A stretch of DNA of 64,000 bases from Candidatus Poribacteria bacterium (GTDB taxonomy: Bacteria > Poribacteria > WGA-4E > JAJDTR01), in contig CBDCTK010000002.1 in assembly GCA_965222225.1 (NCBI GenBank), positions 5,504,001 through 5,568,000 on the forward strand, given 5' to 3'. Of this stretch, positions 9,675-18,855 are shown piece after piece (the first letter of the stretch is position 1; the number at the start of each line of letters is the position of its first letter). The notes under the pieces are model-generated. The model saw only the letters and a program-made list of their open reading frames with translations. It was not told the DNA's origin and made no database searches. The translations under genes were made by a program, and so were the position numbers.

Positions 9675-10562
9675 ATGACTCATATAATGACACAAACAAG
9701 CGCAAGGGTAGTTCTGAGCGTATTGTTTATCCTTGCACTCGCATGCCCGGCTGCAATCGCCGAATTGGTTCTCCACTTTGACGCCAACACTCAGGAGCGC
9801 GACGATGATGCCTGGATGAACAGCGCTGGCCCTGGTGGAGCAGTGCCTATGGCCGACGACAAACCCGCCCTTGAAGAGGGTATGATTGACGTTGCCGGTC
9901 AGTCATTCAACACCAAATATTACACCGCTTCAGCACCAAGGCAAGTGTTTGCTACGCCAGGCGATGAGCCCGACGACAATGGCCCAACTGTTTTTCTGGA
10001 ACACTACACGATGGGTCTCTTGCTGAAGATTAACGGCGGTAAGTTTGAAGAACCTTCGGAGCATCATTTGATCGGTATTCAATCTGATGCCAATCAGAAA
10101 AACCAAACCTCGCGTATCTGGGTCAGCAACGGCGACGATGAAAATCCTGCCGGGAACATTACCAATGTCAACGTTATGCAGCCCGCCATCGGTCTCCGTG
10201 AGGACTATGGACTCGCGGACCACGGTCTGAGCCTAGGTGTTGGCACATGGCGCTTTGTTCATATCTCGTTTGAGAGCGGGATTGCCATAGACTTCTACGT
10301 TGATGGCGAACTCACAGGGTCGCTCCCCTCTGGCGTAGTGTGGGACCCCGAGCGCCCGATGAATCTCCATGCGATATTCACCCATAGCCATGCTGAAGAG
10401 GCCCGAACCTTCAATGGCTCGATTGCTCACTACAAGGTGTGGGATGAATACATGACCCAAGAGCAAATTCAGGCTGACATGGGTGCAAGCGCTGGCGGTG
10501 GTACTGCAGTCGATCCTGCCGACAAAGTTACTACAACCTGGGGTCAGCTGAAGACTCAGTAA
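9675..10562 (+). CDS. Secreted LamG/concanavalin-like jelly-roll protein with C-terminal TTWGxxK tail (copy 2)
   Basis: Paralogue of 8442-9320; ends GASAGGGTAVDPADKVTTTWGQLKTQ. Confidence 0.8.
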   Translation: MTHIMTQTSARVVLSVLFILALACPAAIAELVLHFDANTQERDDDAWMNSAGPGGAVPMADDKPALEEGMIDVAGQSFNTKYYTASAPRQVFATPGDEPDDNGPTVFLEHYTMGLLLKINGGKFEEPSEHHLIGIQSDANQKNQTSRIWVSNGDDENPAGNITNVNVMQPAIGLREDYGLADHGLSLGVGTWRFVHISFESGIAIDFYVDGELTGSLPSGVVWDPERPMNLHAIFTHSHAEEARTFNGSIAHYKVWDEYMTQEQIQADMGASAGGGTAVDPADKVTTTWGQLKTQ

Positions 10563-10568
10563 TTGTCC

Positions 10569-10712
10569 CAACCAACCTTCGGAAGGTTCGTTGAAGAGCA
10601 AAGATTTGTGAGGTAGTGAGTTGTACGCGCACGGCGCATGAATTCAGACGTGTGTCGTGCGCATTACCACACCGCACAAAATTTTTGATTGTCAATCAAC
10701 CTTCCGAAAGGT
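10569..10712 (+). ncRNA. Putative structured RNA / palindromic element, copy 2
   Basis: Only 2 substitutions versus copy 1 over 9333-9461/10575-10703; extended closing stem ccttcggaagg/ccttccgaaagg. Confidence 0.6.
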
Positions 10713-11165
10713 ATTCCTGTAGTCAATTTCAACATTATGTGTCATGCATAATGGTGATGAATCATTCGCGACGAACCGTGGTATCCAACGTTCCCTCGCT
10801 GATGCTAATTGCTTCGACTAATCGCCTTCCCAATTGGATAGCCGACCTGATACCTGCCGTCTAGATTTCCCTTCTGAAAGCGACACCTTCCCTCAATTGG
10901 GTTTGTCCATTTTGCAACATCGAATTTACCGGTGGATTAGTGCGCGTGAACGGATTCGATTGAATCAGGTACAATGGCACCCTCTGATATAGTAGAGAGC
11001 GCAAATTTATGAATCCTTACTATGCGACTATGCGATTTTCGGAAGTAGTGTTCAATTCCGCTAAAGTCATCTTGTCAACCATTAAATGATAAAGAGAGTT
11101 AAAACAAAGCGAGTTCACATTTTGTGGGTCAATGCCTGCGACAATACCGTTTTAGGAAATTTCCG

Positions 11166-11193
11166 CCTGTCTGGTAAGCCCTGTCTGGTAAGC
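11166..11193. repeat. Perfect 14-bp tandem duplication CCTGTCTGGTAAGC x2
   Basis: Read directly in the intergenic DNA upstream of the nuclease gene. Confidence 0.9.
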
Positions 11194-11330
11194 AAGGTGT
11201 CTTCGCCTTGACGGTCTTAGTGGTAATCGTAGTTAATCAGAGACAGGGAAGGTTATACTAAGCAAAATATTTCTACCATTCAGTTATGAAATTTGACAAT
11301 CTTTCTACATCAATCTAGACGGAGAGAAGA

Positions 11331-12221
11331 ATGAAGAAGGCTCTGTTGGTTCTGAGCATGATATGGTTGCTGGTTGGTAACACTTGTAGGGCTTGGTGGT
11401 CTGGTGGTCACGGGATTCTCACTCGTGCGGCTGTGGAGGCGGTGCCCGATGAGATACCGGAATTTTTTCGTTCCGGCGGTGGGATGATTGCTCATTGTGC
11501 ATTTGATCCGGACGTTTCAAAGAATCGCGGAACTCCCGTTGTAGCAAGCAGCGAACACTCCGAACACTATATCGATCTTGAATTGTTACAGGGGCGCTCC
11601 TTGCCGAAGAATCGGTACGAATTTACACAGCTATGCACTGAACTCGGCATCCGACCGGAGAAGGTAGGGCTCGTTCCTTACGCGGTAGCAGAATGGGCAG
11701 AACGCCTCGCCGTTGCTTTCGCTGAACATCGGAAGTGGCCAGATAACCTTTTCATCCAAAATAAATGCATGGTCTACGCAGGATTCCTTGCGCACTATGC
11801 CCAAGATATGTGTCAACCCTTGCATCTGACAGTCGATTTTAACGGCCGCCGCCAGCCAGACGGAGCTCTGCTGCATAAGGGGATTCATGAAAAAGTAGAC
11901 GCCTTGGTTGAGTTTCTTGAAATGAAGCCTGCTGATTTAGCAGAAGCACAAGAAATAGCCCCGTTAGACAATCTCATGACAGACATTTCGAAATCGGTTG
12001 AAAGCGGGTACGCTCTTGTCGACAGGGTTTACGATCTTGCTGACAGCCTGCCCAATACTCGTGATAAGGAGTGGACCTCCGTGCCGGAGGTTATCGAGTT
12101 CGCGCGTGAACGTGCTCGCGAATCCGTGCGGTTCACAGCTTGTCTTTATCTTACCGCGTGGAGGATTTCAAAAACCGTTGAGTTGCCAAGTTGGCTGGAT
12201 CGATCTGAATCCGACAAGTAG
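11331..12221 (+). CDS. Secreted S1/P1 nuclease / Zn-dependent phospholipase C-like protein
   Basis: Signal peptide followed by mature N-terminal W..GH (WWSGGH), PD, EHYIDLE, HYAQDMCQPLH and IHEKVD zinc-ligand motifs. Confidence 0.8.
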   Translation: MKKALLVLSMIWLLVGNTCRAWWSGGHGILTRAAVEAVPDEIPEFFRSGGGMIAHCAFDPDVSKNRGTPVVASSEHSEHYIDLELLQGRSLPKNRYEFTQLCTELGIRPEKVGLVPYAVAEWAERLAVAFAEHRKWPDNLFIQNKCMVYAGFLAHYAQDMCQPLHLTVDFNGRRQPDGALLHKGIHEKVDALVEFLEMKPADLAEAQEIAPLDNLMTDISKSVESGYALVDRVYDLADSLPNTRDKEWTSVPEVIEFARERARESVRFTACLYLTAWRISKTVELPSWLDRSESDK

Positions 12222-12239
12222 GTGGGTTCTCAGCCTGAG

Positions 12240-12259
12240 TTAGGAGGATTGCCTCCTAA
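12240..12259 (+). terminator. Hairpin TTAGGAGG-attg-CCTCCTAA after nuclease gene (possible terminator, no U-tract)
   Basis: Perfect 8-bp stem 18 nt after the stop codon. Confidence 0.35.
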
Positions 12260-12538
12260 GCCGCGCGGTTGGCATATTTATGTGTGTTACAGGGCGTGTC
12301 GTCTCGACAGCTGTGGAACCAACCTGCGTCGGCAATCTGAAATTCGGAGGATTGAGTCAAGACTGTTAATTCTTGATATGCGATGAAGAAGACAAATCGG
12401 GCAATTCACTAAAGAGGTGGCTCAGAGGACATAGCAAGTTTTGTATACTGATTATCAGTTCCGTGAATCCGCCGTGAATTTAGATCGATGAACCAAATAC
12501 GGAAATCTTTTTTGATTCAGAAATGGTATAACATCTAA

Positions 12539-15500
12539 ATGAATTATCCCAATGATACACGGACACAAGGTTCCAATAAACCTCCTCAAAGATTGTCCAC
12601 ATCATTCGTTCTTCTTGTAACACACACCTTGTCTTTCATTCTTTGGGTTAATGTTATCTTCCTCGGTTCAATTGGCACACTGTCGTATGCAGACATCATT
12701 GCCAAGTCGGATGTTGATGGCATCACCGTCGAATTTAATCTTCCCGGCTTGAATGTGACATCGATTGAACGAAACGGCGTTAAGTATCAGTCGGTGTCGT
12801 ACGAAGAATGCGGTTATACCTCTGAGGAGGGTAATCCCTACCTTCCGGTTTCACGAATCCTTCTCGGCGTCCCTGTTGACACGAGTTTCTCTGTTGAGGT
12901 TCTACACGCAGCGAATGAAACTCGGGCGCGCCATCGTCTTCCGCCTGTTCCATATCGTGTGCTCTCGCGAGAAAACGACCTTCTCACATCACGGAGTGAC
13001 AGAGATTGGTCAGAAGAGCAAATTCAAGCCCCCACTGAGGAGTGGCGTGAAGATGGCCCCGCGTACCAAACAGGCGCAATGTTCCCCGCCAATCTAGTAG
13101 ATATCGTCTATGAGGGGTACATCCGGTCTCAACGCGTAATTTGTCTCGCACTACATCCCGTCCAATATAAGTCCAAATCAAGGTTGCTCCGACTCCATCC
13201 CCGTATGGTCATCCGCGTAAATTTTCACTCCACGGCATCGGACTTCGTTTCAACCTATAGAACTTCATTTTCTCAAAGCAGAATGTCTCCCTCTTCGATT
13301 GTTGAAGAGCCTGAGACATTCGAACGCACGTTCCGCAACCTTTTGGCAAACTATGATGCGGCGAAAAAGTGGCGTGTGCCTAGAGAACAAACCTTGAGCG
13401 CCCCGGCTATGCAGCACGCTCCCACATCGCTTCCGGGTGAGGTTCAATACAAAATTCTCGTTGATGAAACAGGCATCTACCGATTGACAAGAGACGATCT
13501 CATTAAAAAATGGGGAATCGACTTAGGGCAAGTACCAGTGCGCAACCTCCATCTTAGAATCGGCGAGGTGGAAGTGCCCATCTATATTCATGGTGAGGAG
13601 GATGGAAGTTTCGATTCAGGAGATTATATTGAATTTCTCGGCTTGGATGCTCAGAATAGGTACACGCATTGGAATGTCTATTGGCTGCGTGTGGAACGTG
13701 AACCGGGGATGCGCGTCTCGCAAATCGACGCGACTCCTGATGATCCTACAGCAACCGTTATTCCCGTGTTCCGGTCAAGAATTCACTTTGAAGAAGATCT
13801 GCTGACGAGCAACCTGGAACATCGCTTCCCAGAAAGAGTCTCTCAGGGAGACAAACACGGTTGGTTTGATGCACTGGACTTCTGGTATTGGGATGGAATC
13901 AGGAATGCGGGCGATTTTAATGAAATGAATCTAGAATTTCCGCTCTATGACCTCGCTCGGAGTTTTGTCCAATCCAAGATTCAGGTCGCACTACAAGGTG
14001 GCACGCCGACGCAGCATGAGATCCTGACATCCATCAACGGTGTTCGAATCGACAACGCAAAATGGAGGCGTCAAGACGCAATCTCTGTGGAGAAAATGCT
14101 GCGTGTATGGGACAATCTAAAGGACATCACTCAAGGCGATTGGAACACCTTAACCCTCACCCGCGTTGATAGTACGGTAGAAGATGACACAACTCGGTAC
14201 CCATACCATGTTTATGTGAACTCATTTGATGTGGAATACACCCGCTTGTTGAAGGCCGTCAACGACTATCTTGAGTTTTCATCTCCTGGCAGCAACGAAT
14301 CTTATGCTGTCCGAAAGCGTCGCAACTTGGAATACACCGTTCGAACTTTTCTTGCGCCCGATGTGGAAGTGTTTGAGTACGATGGCACGGGTTTGATTTC
14401 CAAGTTAAAGAATCCCATCGTTTCGCGTGTTGGTTTGGATTTGGCAGAACGCGACCGTCTTCGCGCGATCTTGAATGTCAACGCCGCAGGCGGTACCGAG
14501 GGTGTTGATGATCGGCGCATAAGCGTTCCTCGGGTTGCTTACGATGCAACTTTCCAGGTGCCGGACACGCATGATGCACAATTTGTAGCCGTTTCGTCTG
14601 CCGGCGTTCGCGAACCTGTTCGTGTTGAAGCAGTACCGGTAAGTGAACTACTCTTACCTTCCAACGGAGCAGATTACCTCATAATCACCCACCCTGTGTT
14701 CCGTGAACCGTCCAAACGACTTGCACAGTGGCGTTCCGGCCCAAAGGGCGGCGGATTTAGGACCAAAGTAGTTGATGTCACTGAAATCTACAATAGCTTT
14801 GGAAAAGGAATGGTAGATCCAAAAGCTATCAAGCGTTTTCTGACGTATGCTTACCAAAACTGGGAGCCTCCGGCACTTTCCCATGTGGTCATTATGGGAG
14901 ATGGTACATACGATTTCCTAGGAGTAGACAAAGAACTTTACCCGGAACCGCCTGAGGATCTTGGTTATATTCCTCCTCACTACATCTGGACAAGTTCCTA
15001 CGGACGCACTTCTGCTGACCACTGGTACGCCACCGTGAGTGGATTGGACGAACTCACGGATTTTTATATCGGTCGTTTGACTGCGGAAACCCTGAATGAG
15101 GCAACCGGAATCGTTGATAAAATAATTAATTACGAGAATAAGAGACCTAATGGAAGTTGGCGGCGCCAAATCATCTCTGTGGCAGACGATGAAGTGAATA
15201 ATTCTGGTGATTTCATTTTCAAGAAGAGCTTAAATGAAATTGCACAAAGCCATACGTTACTGGGTTATGAGACAATAGAGATTTTTCTTGAAGATATCAT
15301 TGATTTGGTGGAAGGGAATCCCGACGATTACCCTGATACGCTCCCGAAGCATATCGCAAAGGAGCGGATAATTCGAGCTTTAAGCAACGGTGCCGTGCTT
15401 GCTCAATATGCCGGTCATGGGGGTAGAATTGTTTGGGCGCATGAAAACATCTTCGGCAATGTTTCAGTCGATCTTGTCGAGCAGACACCGCATATCCCAT

Positions 15501-18500
15501 TTATGCTTGTGTTGAGTTGCTACAACGGCTATTTCGATCAACCCGGTGAGCCGAGTATGGCAGAAAAGCTGCTTCGGAAAGAGAAAGGCGGCATTATCGG
15601 CATGCTCAGCGCCTCACGCTTGACCTACGGCAGTGGTAACGATGCCCTGAATCGAATCATTTTCGATCATTTGTTTAAGCGCAATGAACGACAGCTCGGT
15701 GCGCTTAGCTTTGATACAAAAGTTGAGCTTTTAATTAATAGAGGAGTAACCGGCAATATTGATGTGATGATGGGGTACACCCTCTTCGGCGATCCTGCTA
15801 CGAAGTTGGCAATGGCCGATTACGAAATGCAGCCTAAAGTCAAATCCAAGACTGTTGTGCCCGGTGGGACGGTCGAGATCGCAGACGGCCGGATATTGGA
15901 TGTAGTTTATGATCCTCGACTCAAGCACAAACAGTTTAAGCCGACATCGGATTTCGATGGTAGACTACAAGTCAAAGCCATTTTTCCCGGCAAGTATGCG
16001 ACCGGTCAAGGTGACAATGGAGCAGTTGAATTCTACACCGGAGATGTAATAGTCACGAAGGAAGCACAGGTCACTAATGGAAGTTTTCCAGCACTGGTTA
16101 TCGCTGTTCCGGACAACATCAATTCGGGCCCAGCTCATGTCGAATATTATGCCGAAAGTTCTACCCATATCGCAGTCGGTGGGACCTCACTCACCGTGTT
16201 AGAGCCGAAGATTCTGGATATTCAACCTGAGGTAGTGGATGAGGCATCCTTCCGTATCTCCGCCCAGGTTTCTGACGAACTTAGTGACGAAGGCATCAAA
16301 GAGATTGTCCTCTCGTGGAGAAATCCCGAAACTCGTAATTGGGAAACTGTAATCATGATTCCGGACCAACCACGCGGGAAAGGTTGGTATACCGTGCCAT
16401 CGCCGTTACTATTATCTGCCAATGGTGCTGCAATTCGGTATGACATCCAAGTCACCGACATTGATGGCAACGTAATCACCTCCGAATTGTTGAGTTATCG
16501 ACCCGTGGTTTTTCCAAATCTCAAGCCAGTCGACGCCGAGGCGTACTCTAACGAAGCGCTTATCTATTACCATTACTCGCCAGAAATTGATGCATGGACC
16601 CTTAACGCAGATATCCAGCAAGTTGAAGATGTTGAGTTGAAAGATACGGTGGAAGTGGTTTTCTTCGATGGAAACCCAGATCTGAACAGCGATAATGTGG
16701 TTGATTCTGAAGCCCGACTGCTTGGTCAGGTCCAAATACCACCGGATGCTTGGCAGAGACGGGATCCGCTTGAAATTCACAAAACTCCAAACTTTCAAGG
16801 GCAAGCTCTGGTGCAACCGCGCGCGTTTCATGCAGATCCGCTCAATACCAATTGGCTTGTAACCGCTACTCTTCGAAATGAATTGCCAATCGGAGACCAC
16901 AAAATCTTTGTCTGGATTGATCCGGTATTTGATGTAAACGCATCGCCAGGGGGACAGGTGCGGGAGGGGGACGACGAAGACAATGTTGGGCAGCACAATG
17001 TCCAAGTTCGAGATACCTTAATCGGAAAAACCGCGAAACGAGTTTTCAGCCACGACGGTGTTATTGATTTTCGAATGCCAAGAAATCTTGCATCCCAACC
17101 TGAAGTGTTGACGATTATGGAGATGACAGAGCAGGAGCACGCTCATCTCGTCCAACAAAACACCTTGAGGCGAATAAATTTGCCAAACGGGAGTCAGGCT
17201 GTTGCCTACAATGTGACGATTAAGGACGCAGAACCGAATGCTCAATTGAACCAACCCGTAACTACCGAACTCCGATTTGATCTTGATGCGCTTAAATGGG
17301 GGATTAGCGAAGAATTGTTCGGGAAATTGGACACTAACGATGATGATACCTTAATAGATTTCAGTGACTTCACACGCGAGCAGATTACGGCAATCAATGC
17401 CGGTGCAGAACAACGAGCAAAAGAGATTGGTGTGTATTTGTGGGTCGAGAGGTTGGGGCAGTGGACACGCTTAGCGTCCGAGTTGATTACCGCAGCAAAC
17501 GGATCTATTGAGGTGCAGCCGACAATCGCAAGCGCAACGTCTTCAAATTTCGGGGGCGGAGGTCTCTTGAATGTGCTGCTGGATCCAGCGGAAACGAGGA
17601 TTGGTCGAAGGGTACTACTCTTTACATCGGCGTCAACATACCGGTTGTTAGTCGGAGAGGACACTGCCCCCTTAAAAGTGGTTGCGTCCGATCGATACGT
17701 GGGATTTCCGCAGGATCCACCGGTCTATACAGATGGTGTTTCCATTGACATTGAGTATGACAGGAAGGGATTTCGATTTGGAGATGTCCTTACTTTCGAC
17801 GTTATCCAAGACAGCGCGAGCGGAGATTCCTCGTTGTATGCTGTTTCTTACCTTGAGGAAAACAGAGGGACAGGCGTGATGCAATATTTGCGTCTAGCGC
17901 CGGGTTCGAACATGCCGCGAGACCAATGGGTTATCTTGTTCGTTGATTCAGAACATTTTCAGATAGAGGGTCAAGAAACCGGAATCCTGTCACGGAACGG
18001 AAATCCTATTCAAGGGGTAGTAGGCGAAGAATTCAGTTTTCCCGAATTCGGACTAACACTTAAACTCACTCAGGGACGCTGGATGTTTGAGGCAGGGGAC
18101 AGTTTTACGTTTGAAACCAGAGAGGTTGGACGGGTACGCGCCGAGGTTCCAATCCTCGGACCATTGACGTTGATGCGAAGTGACGATGTTATTCCCCCAG
18201 ATATTCAGCTGACAATCGGCGAACAGAACTTCGTGGATGGCGACCCAGTTTCTGCGGATCCTCTCATACAAGCAACATTAACAGATAACAACGGGATTGA
18301 CTACATCACACGCCCCATTCGCATGGAGATGCTTTACAATCAGGATGCTTCCCTCGTACCGGCGACAGAATATCGATTAAGCCATCAACCTAGCTCTAGC
18401 CAAGTTGTTTTAAACTATCGACCCCCTAGGCTTGATCCGGGTACATATCAAATTCGACTTGCAGCAAGCGATCTTGAGGGGAATGAATCCGAGAAAGAAA

Positions 18501-18817
18501 TTGAATTTCGTGTGCACAAAATCCTGCAATTGTTAAATGCCACAAACTATCCCAACCCGTTTACCGATGAAACAACTATCACTTGTGAACTCACTGGGGA
18601 AGCCGATGAGATCGGCATTAAGATTTACAGCTTGTCTGGAAGACTGGTACAAGAGTTTACAGAGGCCGCAACTGCCGGATTCATGATGATTCCGTGGGAT
18701 GGACGCGATCGAAATGGCGAAGAGATCGCGAATGGCGTCTATTATTGTAAGATTCGGGTCGAGAAAGCAGGAGAGAGAGGCCTGACCGAATTTATCAAAA
18801 TCATGAAGCTGAGATAG
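12539..18817 (+). CDS. PorU/gingipain-like C25 cysteine peptidase, 2092 aa, with propeptide, Ig-like domains and C-terminal FlgD-Ig/T9SS-A-like domain
   Basis: Propeptide GNPYLP; PorU-like KILVDETGIYRLT and GSFDSGDYIEFLG; ADYLIITHP, IYNSFGKG, IMGDGTYD, IGRL; catalytic YAGHGG and LSCYNG; LFGDPA; C-terminal NYPNPF...IYSLSGRLV..WDGRD.NG..IANGVYYCKI. Confidence 0.88.
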   Translation: MNYPNDTRTQGSNKPPQRLSTSFVLLVTHTLSFILWVNVIFLGSIGTLSYADIIAKSDVDGITVEFNLPGLNVTSIERNGVKYQSVSYEECGYTSEEGNPYLPVSRILLGVPVDTSFSVEVLHAANETRARHRLPPVPYRVLSRENDLLTSRSDRDWSEEQIQAPTEEWREDGPAYQTGAMFPANLVDIVYEGYIRSQRVICLALHPVQYKSKSRLLRLHPRMVIRVNFHSTASDFVSTYRTSFSQSRMSPSSIVEEPETFERTFRNLLANYDAAKKWRVPREQTLSAPAMQHAPTSLPGEVQYKILVDETGIYRLTRDDLIKKWGIDLGQVPVRNLHLRIGEVEVPIYIHGEEDGSFDSGDYIEFLGLDAQNRYTHWNVYWLRVEREPGMRVSQIDATPDDPTATVIPVFRSRIHFEEDLLTSNLEHRFPERVSQGDKHGWFDALDFWYWDGIRNAGDFNEMNLEFPLYDLARSFVQSKIQVALQGGTPTQHEILTSINGVRIDNAKWRRQDAISVEKMLRVWDNLKDITQGDWNTLTLTRVDSTVEDDTTRYPYHVYVNSFDVEYTRLLKAVNDYLEFSSPGSNESYAVRKRRNLEYTVRTFLAPDVEVFEYDGTGLISKLKNPIVSRVGLDLAERDRLRAILNVNAAGGTEGVDDRRISVPRVAYDATFQVPDTHDAQFVAVSSAGVREPVRVEAVPVSELLLPSNGADYLIITHPVFREPSKRLAQWRSGPKGGGFRTKVVDVTEIYNSFGKGMVDPKAIKRFLTYAYQNWEPPALSHVVIMGDGTYDFLGVDKELYPEPPEDLGYIPPHYIWTSSYGRTSADHWYATVSGLDELTDFYIGRLTAETLNEATGIVDKIINYENKRPNGSWRRQIISVADDEVNNSGDFIFKKSLNEIAQSHTLLGYETIEIFLEDIIDLVEGNPDDYPDTLPKHIAKERIIRALSNGAVLAQYAGHGGRIVWAHENIFGNVSVDLVEQTPHIPFMLVLSCYNGYFDQPGEPSMAEKLLRKEKGGIIGMLSASRLTYGSGNDALNRIIFDHLFKRNERQLGALSFDTKVELLINRGVTGNIDVMMGYTLFGDPATKLAMADYEMQPKVKSKTVVPGGTVEIADGRILDVVYDPRLKHKQFKPTSDFDGRLQVKAIFPGKYATGQGDNGAVEFYTGDVIVTKEAQVTNGSFPALVIAVPDNINSGPAHVEYYAESSTHIAVGGTSLTVLEPKILDIQPEVVDEASFRISAQVSDELSDEGIKEIVLSWRNPETRNWETVIMIPDQPRGKGWYTVPSPLLLSANGAAIRYDIQVTDIDGNVITSELLSYRPVVFPNLKPVDAEAYSNEALIYYHYSPEIDAWTLNADIQQVEDVELKDTVEVVFFDGNPDLNSDNVVDSEARLLGQVQIPPDAWQRRDPLEIHKTPNFQGQALVQPRAFHADPLNTNWLVTATLRNELPIGDHKIFVWIDPVFDVNASPGGQVREGDDEDNVGQHNVQVRDTLIGKTAKRVFSHDGVIDFRMPRNLASQPEVLTIMEMTEQEHAHLVQQNTLRRINLPNGSQAVAYNVTIKDAEPNAQLNQPVTTELRFDLDALKWGISEELFGKLDTNDDDTLIDFSDFTREQITAINAGAEQRAKEIGVYLWVERLGQWTRLASELITAANGSIEVQPTIASATSSNFGGGGLLNVLLDPAETRIGRRVLLFTSASTYRLLVGEDTAPLKVVASDRYVGFPQDPPVYTDGVSIDIEYDRKGFRFGDVLTFDVIQDSASGDSSLYAVSYLEENRGTGVMQYLRLAPGSNMPRDQWVILFVDSEHFQIEGQETGILSRNGNPIQGVVGEEFSFPEFGLTLKLTQGRWMFEAGDSFTFETREVGRVRAEVPILGPLTLMRSDDVIPPDIQLTIGEQNFVDGDPVSADPLIQATLTDNNGIDYITRPIRMEMLYNQDASLVPATEYRLSHQPSSSQVVLNYRPPRLDPGTYQIRLAASDLEGNESEKEIEFRVHKILQLLNATNYPNPFTDETTITCELTGEADEIGIKIYSLSGRLVQEFTEAATAGFMMIPWDGRDRNGEEIANGVYYCKIRVEKAGERGLTEFIKIMKLR

Positions 18818-18855
18818 CTGTATCTAATCCCCAAAAAGCAGGGAGTTGGCAGTCG

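Larger units (their letters stand above)
8238..10703 (+). repeat. Tandem duplication of a ~1.23-kb unit (promoter + 5'UTR + LamG-like CDS + 3' hairpin element); copies ~8238-9461 and ~9465-10703
   Basis: Colinear promoters, leaders (aatgaaaggaaaatgagtcatgact in both), CDSs and near-identical 3' elements. Confidence 0.95.

Noticed and set aside
8442-10562. Diversity-generating retroelement template/variable repeat pair
   Set aside because: Differences are not adenine-specific, both copies are full genes, and no reverse transcriptase is in the window.
9333-10703. CRISPR array or tRNA/6S/SRP interpretation of the repeated hairpin
   Set aside because: Only two copies 1.24 kb apart, with no spacers or cas genes, no cloverleaf, no SRP GNRA domain-IV motif and no large central bubble recognised.
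10616-10864. 82-aa ORF overlapping hairpin copy 2
   Set aside because: It runs through the palindromic element, is not preserved at length in copy 1, and has no protein-like features.
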